Assembly (NCBI GenBank): GCA_030141605.1
Contig: JAQGDQ010000059.1
Span: forward strand, 310,001-374,000
Reading direction: 5' to 3'
DNA: 64,000 nucleotides
Source of the DNA: Tubiluchus corallicola
Taxonomy: Eukaryota; Animalia; Priapulida
In this document: piece after piece, positions 1 through 13,500 of the stretch
How positions within the stretch are numbered: position 1 is the first letter of the stretch
Layout of the letters: every line of letters begins with the position of its first letter
The notes under the pieces: generated by a model
The model's input: the letters and a program-made list of their open reading frames with translations, nothing else
Told to the model about the DNA's origin: nothing
The model's database searches: none
Translations under genes and position numbers: made by a program

Positions 1-95
1 GATGAAAGATTGTTTTTGAAGCAACATATATAATCAGTCTCAATAAAACATACTAAGCATTCGTCGCGCACATTTTGATCATTTAGGGCACTTAC

Positions 96-143
96 TTGTG
101 GTAGAAAATCCTCCCCGTATTCTTGTCCAACAGTGTTTGCCAT
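96..143 (-). CDS. Probable first coding exon (MANTVGQEYGEDFLPQ) of an unidentified gene continuing beyond the left edge
   Basis: aaaATGG start at 143-141, 16 open codons, then a consensus GTAAGT donor at 95-90. Too short to assign a product. Confidence 0.55.
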
Positions 144-3022
144 TTTATGCCGTTTTGTCGGTTTAGTTTCTCCAGTTGAGACAGTATTTCCTTAAATCCT
201 TCACTCATCCCTTCCTTGTATTCTTCTTTCTGCAATCAATGTAAGAAGAGCATTGTATACGAAATAACATAATGTACCTAACTGCTTCTGCAACCACAGG
301 ACCACTTTAAAATGTGTAGTCACTATATTCTATAAAAAGAAAATTGACAAAAGAAATCCAGCAGGTCGTCTTCATACAACAAAAGCTATTCAAGGTTCTT
401 ACAAGAAATTAATTTTGATGCAGACGGAAAGTGATCTTTTGCACGGTCCCCTTTTACAAACTTTGCTGCTGTATGGGGCACGCATAATTCTTTGGGTACC
501 TGTTTTTATCAGGCACCATCAAGCTTCTTTTGGAATGTTAAATAGTCGCACGATGCGAACTGAATAAAAAATCAACTCCGAATATGGCTTTGCATATTTT
601 GTTATTAGAATACTTAAAAAAATTGCACTTTTTTAAAGCTTTTCAAATGCGAAAAACTACTAACAATTAAGCTAATGCAATAACGCTATAGTTCTTATTG
701 AGTGCCGTAACTTAAAAATAAGCAGAACTGATTTACAACCTCAGACTAATTTGTCGTGGGGCATATATTACGGATCATAAATTTGAAATGTTTTAATGGA
801 TACGGCTTCTAAGGGACCTCTGCATCTAGTTAACAGCCTATAAAAATGCACGTAACATAATAACGTTTTACGTAAATCAAACTATAGCAGCCAGGAACTT
901 TTAATTATGAGGATGTATTAATTGCAATTCCTAGTTCACCAGAGAAAAACTGAGAAAGGCGTCTGATTCCAGTTCCATGAAAGTACTATGAAACGAAAAC
1001 TAGTTCAAGTATCCAGTTTTAGTTTCCATTTCCTTTATGCAAAAGTTCCCAACGCTTGGGTTGGTTTAACCTTAATGGGCAAACGCCATTTACAAAAACA
1101 TTTAAAAATTAACGTCATTGAAACTTGGTTCAGTTCCTTAAAACCGAAATGTAAAAATCAATAACTGTTCCAGCTGATGTCATTCCTGGAAATAGAACAG
1201 ATTTCTGGAGTTTCGCTTCCTAACAAAGTTCCTTTGACAAATTGGTAGAGAAGAGTATCAGAGGGAAAAACACGTAGGACAAAATTGTCTTCCATGAACT
1301 TTAGCAGCGTTATACAAACATTTTTGGGATTTTTTTCAGGGTGATAAATTTTTGATGTAATAAAAAAATCTTCTATACACTTGACAGGTTTTGTATTAAT
1401 TAATTCAAGCATTTCTTGTCCATAGTTCTTTTTCACTGAAAACTGGAAGATCGCATAGCATAGGTGTTCCGCGTTGTTCGCTCATTGTGGCTGGGCGGCT
1501 AGCTTTAAATTCTCTTTTGTACGCAAACACTAGGTCTATGAACTATACCCCCCCCTCCCTGTTTCAATACAATGCTGTCTATAACATTGAGAAGTAATGC
1601 ATTTTAGGTTGGGAGCGTCACTTCAAAGCGAAGGGAGCAATTGTTTTTACACGCAGAACCTGTACATGTTTTCTTATTTTGATACCTGTGATTGGTTGAT
1701 TATAGCTCTTCCGGTGAAATATTTACCTATTTTGGCAACTGAGCTTATTCTATGCATATACTTGCTCACTGAAATTTCTACTCCACTCGACAGCAGCTGT
1801 GTCTATACAGTTTCAAGGTGACATATATGAAAACATGCGATAAGACAATACTGTTTTATGCAAAATTCAATGACGCGCACGCATGCAATAATTAATTAAC
1901 AGACAGCCGATAAATAATTTCCATGACCTACCTGCATGTATTGCACGCTTGTGACGAGAAATAGTTAATGGTAGTTAACTTTTATGAATCAATAACGAAA
2001 AAGAGTACTGTGAATCTCATTTGGCACAATAAATAGTTCACCGTGTAGATATAAGTAAATATGGTTATGAAGATTATTTAGATTGCTTTTCCTTGAAATG
2101 GTAACACTCAAGGCACAACTTCTCTGCCCTAATTATAGCTTTTGTGCAGTTTTCAGCTTTCGGTATTCCTAAAAAGATCCACTCAGTGTAGCATAAAGAC
2201 TGTACGCAACTACGCATTATCTAGCATTAATACCAATGATATCGTTGTATGCATTAATATCAATTGATTTGCGCAATCATTTTGTTTTAGAGGTAATTTG
2301 GTGGTGAAAGTAGATTTGTGTCTTCACATTTCACGCTTGACAATAATCAGCATTGCACACACAGCACTAGAAACGTAATTATTTGTCCGCATTAGCCGCA
2401 AACACTGCGAGTATTGATATGCTACAAATTCCATTACTTGGCGATATCAGTCGTGTACAGGATTGCCATACTCGATGAACCAAACTGACAAAATTAAGTA
2501 GTGGATTCTCACGCACGGCTGCTGCACTTTCACTCGGCGAAATTCCGACACAAATGTTCGAATGTGAAACGCGTTCAACACAGTTCGCATGGCATGCCGT
2601 GTTTCGCTATTATAACGCAGGTAAATGCGCACTACAAATCCACAATAATGGGCGGGCTTGGTGTAGTAAGACTTGTTACAATTATGGCAACGTTAAAATA
2701 ATGTGATGAAACGTTCTATGTATAACCTGATTTTGAAATAAGCACGTAACATGGCACTGAATCTGAACAATCTGAATGTTATGACCAATTAATTAAATGA
2801 CGTGTGATCCGACTGGTAGCCTCCGATGGCTTTGCGTCCCCTTATCTTTCACAACCCTCCCCGAGGATGAGAGCTAGGTTTCGATCCGACTTGTCACGCT
2901 TTCTGCCTCGTTTCATCGTTATCAATGAAGAAACGAGTAAAGCAAAGATTGTCGGTCGGGTAAATGAAAGAGAATAAGACTTTTTCGCATTAAAACTTAA
3001 TTTCGTACAAAACTTACTGTAA

Positions 3023-3100
<78 letters not shown>

Positions 3101-3194
3101 TGGTAGTGGTAGTGGTAGTGGTAGTGGTAGTGGTAGTGGTAGTGGTAGTGGTAGCAGTAGCAGTAGCAGTAGCAGTAGCAGTAGCCGTAGCAGT

Positions 3195-3229
<35 letters not shown>

Positions 3230-3230
3230 C
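3023..3230. repeat. Compound microsatellite (TAG)n-(GTAGTG)n-(GTAGCA)n-(GCA)n
   Basis: Directly visible; it produces the poly-T/L/V/A ORFs in the track. Confidence 0.97.
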
Positions 3231-6200
3231 AATAGTAATAGCAGTTCTCAAAATTACCAAAAGCACATTGCTATTTATTGTGTCACTTGTGTGGATGACC
3301 TTATCATTCTTACTAATTAAAACAACTAATGGTAGCAAAAACATTATTTGTAGTACACTATATGCTATAGTGCTATCCTGACAACTCGTGCTTAATGTTT
3401 CGCATTTTGATCTGGGCCAAGTGTGACAGTGATCTTGACGCGCACAGTCAAGGAGACACCTCGAGCACAGTTTTACAGTTTCTTTACCTTTTCACACTTA
3501 GACTACACAACGCCCCAGCGCTGATATTTTGCCTGTATGTAACTTTCGTCTGTGACAAAACACATGCGCTATATTAAAAACTGTGACCGGAGATAAGTCT
3601 CCTTTTTTTCATGAGATGGAAAGATATTGTACATTCATTTAGACTAATTTTATATTTCATATTTGCTAGTGCCTTCGAACAGCTACATGTACAATAAATT
3701 ACAAAACAATTACAATTTAAACAATATGCAGACACCAAAACTACACAGTACAAACTACATACAAACAATATACATAAGCAGCAAATTGTAAAAAAGAAAC
3801 AGTTCTATAACAATTATAATACAAACGTACTATTCCTGTATTAGTTTCTTGTTTCTGCGCCACCCGATTATGAGTTACCCTACGCTAACCCTACGAACAT
3901 TTAAAAAAACCAGTAAGTTCTTAAAACTTGCATGCTACTGCGTTAGTAATTTTTTTTCTTTATTCTGGACACCAAACATCCTGTAGGAATTTGAAGACAC
4001 CATTTTCCTAGATATATAGACCGTCTAAAACACATTTTGACTCTAATGACATTTTAAATTATTTTATTTGAACGTCTAGTTCAACGTAAGGGTGATATAC
4101 GATGCATCTGCCATCTAGGCGTTTACCCAAAGGGATTTTTCATTTAAATTAGTACACTGTAATATATTACGTAACTGAAATGGGAGTTCTCTGTAACTGT
4201 ATTTTCATATTGACTTTGTATCTGAATATATACAGGACTTCTTTTATTACAGGTTTATAATTTTGCATTCATGCGCGCAGAAAATAATACAATAATTCGT
4301 CGTCATTTCGAGAAAAATAAGTCTGGCTAATATTCTTCTACATCAAAAATAGTTTTTATAATGTCTTGAAAATCACAGATTTTAAGATTCATAAAACGAA
4401 AACGAACTTCTTAAATTTTGAAACCCAGGGTCATAGACGTATCTGCACTTCATTTTTAATTAAATTTTCTATAAGTATATATATACAGAAAATCCTGCAA
4501 GACATGATTATACACATGTACAGAATATAGTAAGTTTGTATAATTTAATTCCTTTTTAATTTTCTGTACAATACACACGACGAATGCACAGCAATACTTA
4601 AGGGAAATAAACACATAGGCTACTTCCATAACATAAGTGAAATTCAAGTTTTCGTATATTATACGTAAACTGCATAGTGTACAATACATCGTAATTTAGG
4701 CTTGACGGTAACTTAGTAGACTGAAAAACAACTATTTTGATACTACGTCGTGGAAACATTATACTGACATTTATAATGTAATACGCAATTAATGGCTGAG
4801 TCTCCACCCGTTTGATATTCTCAACCGACAAAAACTCCATATTCTATAAAATCACAGTACAATCAGCTCTGTACGGTTGGACACAGGACATCTAGACATA
4901 TTGAGACGTTATCTGTCACACATAGGACATTTGGACACATAGACTACTTCTTATCAAATTTAATTGAGGCTTGTATTATTTAATTCTGTTTTTTACCTTC
5001 GTTTTAATGTTGTCTGTCCTTTTTACTTTTGGCGTTCTTACCTCAATGTCTCTACTCTACAATCGTGTTTTTTGCTTTTGTCTCTTCCTCCGTTACCTAG
5101 ACTTACTTTTGTTTTTACTACCTACATCCAGTAGGATTAATTTGGATTTGTACATTCTGTGCGATTACCCAATTGTTTTATTAAATTATTGCAAAACTGG
5201 AACTGTTCAACATTAAAATTATTATAAAAAATAATAACATTTGCGTTGAAATTTTTAAAAATATACAATATAGTGGAATGCTTTGCTTCCTTTACTTGTC
5301 TTTTTGAATTTGCAGCTCGGCGTTAAATTTTTGACATGACATAAAACGTTTGCTGTATTCGTTTTGCTATTGGCCAACGCTGAATACAAAAGCCCATGGC
5401 AGAGAAACTCGGATAGCGGATTTACGGACATGGGTATGCGGAATTTGCACTAGTTTCGCGGATAAAGATTTTTTTGGGATGTGCGAATCGCGAATTCCTA
5501 AACACGCTTGTTTTCTTGCACGCGATACAACATTGCACAGCAGTATTAGGCATTTTTCATTTAGGGTATATGAAAATAAATGACGTATGATGAAATGGCT
5601 GTATTGCGCACGCTTGTCATTATTTGCGCCAGCGCCGATCACAGAAATCTTTACCATGAGTCCTAACTTCTTTATTTTGCACGAACTCCAATGAAAAGAC
5701 GTTCGGACTTTCTTAGGAGTTCTTAACCGAGTTGCGAGTATTTTTCGCATGAATTGCTCATCACCGCTTGAGTTAGATAATCGCTGTCTGTGTGGTTTCA
5801 TTCACTGTGATTTCTAGGTGTTTATCTTGTAGAAGGGATGATGTATCCGCCTTCCATGGGAGGAGGATACATCCGAAAATGGCTAGTTTAGTGGCTCATC
5901 CTCGAGAGGGATATCCTACAATGCAATGAATAGGTCATGCCACTGAAAGCTGTACTGTGGCTTGCAAAGTGTTTAAAAACATTTAAAACGGGAGTTATAA
6001 GCTTATTAAATGTTCATTTGTTTAGAACATACATGAAAACTTTAATAACACATAAGTTGCATACATAATAATTTTTACGTTGTTAACAAGAAATGCATTT
6101 AGTGGAATGCACAATATGACAGATGTATAACTATTATAACAAGTTTTAAAATGAAATTTAAAACAAACCAAACCCTGTTTGCCATTTGTTTCTTTTAAAA

Positions 6201-7501
6201 TTCACTTTAAAATGAAAAAACAGCAACAATATTGTTTGCAAAACATTTACGATTTATACAATACGATAAAAACTGCCGAGAATTTCTGAGTTGTGTGCGC
6301 TTTTTGTTTCAGCAGGTAATTTTGCTAGCATTTAAAGGTACAATTACATGACAATCAATCTCCTTAGTAATTAGGTTGCTTGGATAATTGGAAAAATAGC
6401 TAGTCTCGAGATACTAAAAACTACCAAAAACTTTCTGTCAACGAATTAACAGTGTGCAGGCATCTTTTAAGGCAGAAATACAAAGTGACTTGCATATCTG
6501 TAATATTTTACATTTTCAACAAATCCTTAAGCACAAGAAGTTATAAGCTAATAAAATGCAAACTTTTTTAATGTAACTTAACTGTTTTCAAAAATTTAAT
6601 AATTACACATTATGGGAACAACACAAAAAGTACAGTTTCCTGCTACAATATTACAATATATTACTTCTAATAAGCGGCAGCACTCCTAACCACTGATTCA
6701 ACAAGAACATTTAAAAACAAAAAACTAACGACAGAAAACATCAGTAAAAATATCCCAAACTTGATTATGTGTACCCGAATTCTACCATTTTACAAGCATA
6801 TAAATTTCAGATTATTTTCTATGTAGTCAGAAAGCTGGTTTTTCATGCGGTGCTCCCATATCAATGCATAGTCAACGTTCTGCACACAAAACATGTCAAC
6901 TTAACAGAAGATGGAAAATACGATGATCGTGCGCCACATTAACTTTAAGATTACACAATTTTCCTAGAGCACTTGTGCTTTACTTGTCCAACTATGCAAT
7001 GTAACAGAATAATATATCTTCCTGATAAACTGTTATCTGAATTGGTAACAATTATGATAAAAATTTTGAAAACAAAGCTTACACAGCTACATACAGTAAT
7101 ACTTACAAATAAAGAGACTAGGGTGCACAACTCATTATGTCCTGGATAAATTTATTTCACCTTACCTTAAATGCCGACTGTTCTTTTTGCATGTAGCTAT
7201 TCAGTGATACTTCAAAACTTTTGCATAGGTGCTTTCACACACAAAAAAACGTCTTGAAACTTTGCATATTATGCAATAACACAAAATGGTCCAATAAAGC
7301 TAAGGCTATCAAGTTTTTGAGCTACACTTACAGCACCATAATACGATGCATGGATCCAATAAACACAAGTGAGAATGAAAAGTAATAACTTCGGTAAACT
7401 AGTAATGACAATGACGAAATTAGTAATAATTTAAAACTTAAAGTCGGCTAACATCAACATAATCATAGTAAGAAAAATGTGTTTCACTAATACATCTTGC
7501 T

Positions 7502-10500
7502 TTAAGATGCAAAGAAGAAGTTCAGAGCACGGTTTGCATCGTAGTCAGCTGCTAAGGAGATGCGGATCAGCTCGGCTTCTGGAACATCATCTCCAAGAAT
7601 GACTCGCAGCTGTGCAACACAGTTGGAGAGAAGGCTAGAATCCTGCGGAATCTCAACATCATCCAGCGAACTATCCAAACTCTCCTATATTTTACAACGA
7701 AACATACAATCAGCAAGAATAATTTACATCAAGGTAGCAATTGGCATCACATTTAATCACATTTTTTGGAATAAAGTGCATTATTTTAGTAAAATTACTG
7801 CCGTAATGCTTTCAATGTTAAAATTATAAAACGTGTTACTGATCATCAAGTACCAATTTTATTTTCTAAGGATGATCACATTAAACAACATAGACATCAA
7901 TGAGTACCTCATACTATAACAGAATACACTAACTATGCATAAATTAAACTTTACTTTAAATTCAATTAATCAATTAATTAATCCACGTTAATTAATCTCA
8001 TGGTTATGTATGGGAAGTAATTCTAGGTTCAAATTATATGTTAAAGCTATTGAATGATTGGTATACTGTGAGTTAGAAAAGTATTGAACACGGGAGCGAT
8101 CTAGTGATCTGAAACACATACTTTATAATTCTAAATAATATGTTCTGAATGTCTGTTCTTAATTTTTCATGCCTCCTTACAGCTATTTCAAAAGAAATTA
8201 TGTGTTCATTTTTTCTCTATTAAACATAATTGTGAAATTAAAATTAGAATTCAGTAAACTTTGAGCTGTTCACCCAAAACACAATTCGTATGACTTCAAG
8301 CATTCGAAGGTTTGAGTTGGATGGCCTTAAATCTAAAACTCTCAAACATAAGAAATGAGAGCCAAGTGACTGAGTGTGGTAGATACCTAGAGTTAAGAAT
8401 AGTGCATTAAGAATGGATCAGTCAGGATGCCTAACTGTATAAAAAGATTTGGAAAAGTTTTGTATAATTATGAACTACCGCATGCATTAAAAGTCAGAAT
8501 TGATTCTTTGCTGTGACCTCATGAAACTATCAGGCAGAAAAACAGAAAGGACATATCTTTGAGCTTATCTTACCTGGAGGTCATTTAGAGCAAGCTGTGC
8601 AAATTCATCCAGTGCTTCTCCACTACTGGATATGGAGCAGGTACCAGGCGGTTCCATGTAATGAGGATTAATAAGCACAGGTCCGTATGGATCACTCCTG
8701 TAACCAATGAAGCATGTTAGAATTCAAAACCTATGTAAATGTGTATAAAGACATTGATATCTTTAAGTAGTAGGTATGTATTGAGTATGTATGCACTGAT
8801 GAACAAAATGATGTAGCAATTTTCTGATTGTAATTTTAGCTCAAAAGAAGAAGATAGAACTAAAAATTCATATAAATGCCACGATTTCTAACACTGTTTT
8901 TAACAACTTGACAATTTCTGAAATTTTCCACTTGACTAATAACAAAGAAAATCAAAATCCAAAACATGCACTTTTTTCTAAATAATAAAGCTGCATGCAA
9001 ATCAGGAAAAAACACACCCGTGCCATGCCACTTTTCCCTCAACCTCCGTCTGCAGGTTTTCAGGCAGTTCCTCAAACATATCACAGTTGATTACTTCAGG
9101 ATGATCAACGATAAACTCCATCACAGATTCCTGTAGGAATTAAAACTGACTAATTAAAAATGTAAAATGTTAAAGCAACTGGTTTTGTATTTGGGCCAGA
9201 ACTAGTTCCTATGCTCCACAATAAAGGTTAGTATTCTAGATGTAACTAACAAACTAATAGGGATAACTTTGTGTGACAAAAAAGAAGGCGAGAAACTACC
9301 TTTCTTTTAACTTTTAATCGATCAATTTTTGTTCTTGATGCAATGAGAAACACAAAACATGCAGATCAGAGAGAACGATGACATTCAACCTGGTTAAAGG
9401 TAATGTTACTGCATTTTCTCTTAAGGTAAAGCATTCTTTACAGCATTTTGAGCATGTCTTTAAACATCTTCCATAAGTGCTGCTGGAAAGGGCACTAAGT
9501 AGACAAAGTTGTTGCAAAATAGTAAGATGATAGTTTGTGCTTTATGGAGGTTAAATGAAAAGTTTATAAATAATATTACTATTGTAGTGCCATCTAAAAT
9601 TCTTGGCTTCACCACAACTGCATAATGTAAAACACAAGAAACTAAAAACTACTTTTTAAGATGTTTAAAAAAATTGTGGTTTCTACTTGCATTATATTTC
9701 AAGTGTTGAAATTCGACACAGTCAAATTAATAATGTGGCTCTGTTTTAAATGGTAATATGACATGTCATACCTTAAGTTGTGTTGCATTGAACTGATCTG
9801 CCATGCCTAACAGAAATAAAGATGAATCTTCATCTATATGATGCTTCAATGATTGTTCACATAGCAATTTCACATTGTCCATCTATACAAAAAAGCCATA
9901 TTTAATAACAAATTTAGACTATTCCAATTGTTTTACTTATCTACTAAATTTTTACAAAGCTGGGAACAACGCAAGCCGGTATTTAGCGGCAATAAGAGAG
10001 GTTCCAGAGAGAACTGGAACCTCTCTTATTGTCAAGGATAATTGTCTAGGATGAGATACTCCGTGAACCATTTTCACTAGTAATGTTAAACTGTTGACAC
10101 AGGACTAGAACCTAGTTTACTGTCAAGGCTAATCCTCAATAATGGACTCTGAAATGGCAACGTTTCCTAGCTGAGATAGGAAAGAAATAGTCAGCAGCAA
10201 CAAGACAAATAAAGCGCCCAGAAGCAGTTTTTCTAGTATTCACGCATTTACTAATCAGGTCAGTATTGTTTAACATTAAAGCCAAGCATATGCAACAGCC
10301 ACTTGACCTTGATGAAATGTATATGTAAAAACTGCTTGAAGCCAAAGCGTGTTCAAAATTAAAGCCACTTTTTAGCTAAAACTGTTCATAAGTAAGGAAA
10401 TAAAAAGGTGAGGTTTCATCAACTGATATGCTAAGGCATTAACACAGCTCACCTATAAAAGAAATATTGCTTTCCTTTAAGTAACTTGCAGCACAAATCT

Positions 10501-13500
10501 ATAAAATACCAGCCATATTTCAGAACCTACATCAATTAGTGCTTCTAAACCAGCAAAAAGACAATTCACAAGTGTTACTACTTACTTCATATCTGTCAGT
10601 TATGGCCATCATATCAGCTAGCTGCTCAGTGGGCAATTCACTAGTATCCAGTTGTCCAGTGTACAAGTACTTCAGAAACAGTTTAAATAAGTTTGGGTTG
10701 GTGTCATGTACAGTTATTTTTCTTAAAAAAATGCAAAAAGTGAATTAATAAATTTGTAGCAAAATCTTATCACACAAGCATTCAAATATAAAGTTTAAAA
10801 AAGCAAAAAGTTTAAAGAATTTTGATAGGGATTGTGTGCATTCTTCATTACCAATCTTAAGTCCATTGTCATCACTGCCGCCACCCTCAACCAACCATCA
10901 TCACCATCACTCCACATATTAAGCTATATGCTTATATATAATTCAAGACCAGAAAGTACAATTGAGTTCTTTTAAGAAATTCGACATTTTAGGACCATAT
11001 CAAGCTTTTTTGCTGAATGTATGTATACTAATTTGAAAATATCTCTAGCAAAAATCAAGAACACAGAATGCAGAAAAAGGGTAAACAGTTGCTTGCCAAA
11101 CAAACAAAGTTTGAAAAGTCAAAACACATTGGTTATTGTAGTGTACAGTTATTATTTACCTGCAGTGTACAGTTATTTTCCTGTAAGCAATGAAGCAACA
11201 ACAAAAATATTTGCACTAAAGTCACCAAGCACAAAAATTATGTCACTTACTTGTCAATAGACTCCCGCATGCCACTGAGTAGAGCACGCCGAAACCAATC
11301 ACAACGTGCTGCTACAATTACCCGGTGCGCAGGAATTTCGGTAGTTTTACACCAAGCACAAAAATTATGTCACTTACTTGTCAATAGACTCCCGCATGCC
11401 ACTGAGTAGAGCACGCCGAAACCAATCACAACGTGCTGCTACAATTACCCGGTGCGCAGGAATTTCGGTAGTTTTACTAACTCTATCAGGTTGCAGAGTT
11501 TGTGCTTCATTATTCGCTGTATCTGCATCAGGAGATAAATCTAAAAAAGATATAAAAGAATGTCCAAACATTTGGCATTTAGGTGTCTAGTAGGTCTATT
11601 GTTATTGACTTCCTTCCACTTTTTAATGGAAGAAGGTACGGTCTGTGTAGAAGTAGTGCTTATTGCAACTTCAAAGTAAAAAAATACTGTAATATCGTTC
11701 ATTATCTCAGTAAAAAAACATCACAGTCTCTCATGTTGTTTCAGTTATGACCTGTACATAAACTGAAAATTGGTCATTATTATTACATAACACCACTGAA
11801 AAAATGGCACTTAGGATAAGAATCAGCAACTATAGTGGCCATAACATATTATGGGTACATTTCACTGTAAAATAATATTCACCGTATGCTTGCCATCAAA
11901 TTTCAATATTAAGCGAGGCAAGAATTTCGACCGCCTTTCATCTGGAGTACTACAACCTTTTCTTTGTTTATTTTACCTTACAAAATATTTACTCAAAAAT
12001 ATAAAAAAAAAATATCGAACCTGTGGAATAAATAACTTCGAAGATTAAGTCTGTGCTAGACTTGCTTTGTAATAGATGTGCTGTTTGCTGCGCCAATATG
12101 CTGTCCCGGACCAGCGGGGGCACAGTTAAAGATTCGACTAAACTCATCTAAAACACAATAATGATAAATTGTAAAAAATAAACAGAAAAAACAGCAAACC
12201 TTAGACCTTTCAACAACACACACCAGTGAAGGTCAAATCTTGAAACCCACAAATAATGCACAGGTGTCAAGTCGTGTCAATGTTGAGAACAGTACTAGCA
12301 TAACACATTATTCAAACAACAAATATTTACATATGGTATATTTAATACTGACATTTGTATTAAAATAAAAAGCACACAATAACAGTGCGTGTGACGACAT
12401 AAATTATTTCAAAAGTAGGAATCGAAAACTGTTGTTTATTCCATTTTGCACTTAAGCCAAACCTAAACACGGTACGTAAAAAACTGTACAGAACTTAAAC
12501 TTAACCAAGCTAAAACACTGTAAATTATTAAAATGAAATGCCAAAATCATCTATTAGAATTTGGATTGATGATACAAAACAGATTACCGTATTTTCCCAT
12601 GTATAAGAGACCCTTGTGTATAAGAGACCCCTTCAATTTTTAGGCAAAAATTCTGGAAAAAAGTTTTTTGGTAATGAATAACTTTATTCATCATAGAAAT
12701 CATTAAATTCCTCATCACTCTCATCAAAAATATCAACTGCAGTCAGACCTTCAGCAATTCCAGCCAGTTCATCATCAGAGGAGTCACTCTGCTCAAAAAT
12801 GGCATTGTCCTCTGTGCCGTCCATGGCATTGGAGATGCCACACTTCTTGAAAGATTTAATAATGACCTCTAGCCATGGAGAAGATTTATTGAAAGGAAAC
12901 TATAATTATTCGAAATAAAACAGTTGTAGAGCACTTATTTCTTTAAAATCATTAGTGTCACAATTTATGCATCTTATTGAAAAGACTTACTCCCATGTAT
13001 AAGAGACCCCCTATTTTTAAAGTGAAAATTCTGAGCAAAAAAGGGTCTCTTATACACGGGAAAATACGGTAAATGAATAAGAACAAAATAAAACAATACT
13101 ACTAGTAAAAGTACTGACTTGTTGACATTTGGCTTTTCCTCCCACTGCTCCGCTTGTTTTATCTTTGCTGCATTTATCTTGCGACTTTTCAGCACCCGGT
13201 GAAGACGAAGCCATATCAGACTTAGTAGTCAGATCTAACAGACCCAAAGTGACTAGAGAAGTTGTAAACTGATCACGGTTGACTATTTCTGAAGCTTGCA
13301 CAGCAAGCCCCTGAATTGCTTGTTGATGGGAGACAACTTTCGATAAGCCCCAAGCCTGAAAGACATGTCAACTTTAATGCAAAATCATCTTTCAGTATAT
13401 ACCTAATAAAACCAAATGGTATTATCATTTTTTAAATAACACAGAAGTAACCTTTTTAAATTGACGGTAATGTTAATGAAACATGGTTTTCGCATTTAGC

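Noticed and set aside
2997-3381. Poly-Thr/Leu/Val ORFs
   Set aside because: Translations of a compound microsatellite.
5367-5801. Longest free-standing ORF (144 aa)
   Set aside because: No recognisable domain, overlaps repeat-like motifs, and has no supported exon partner.
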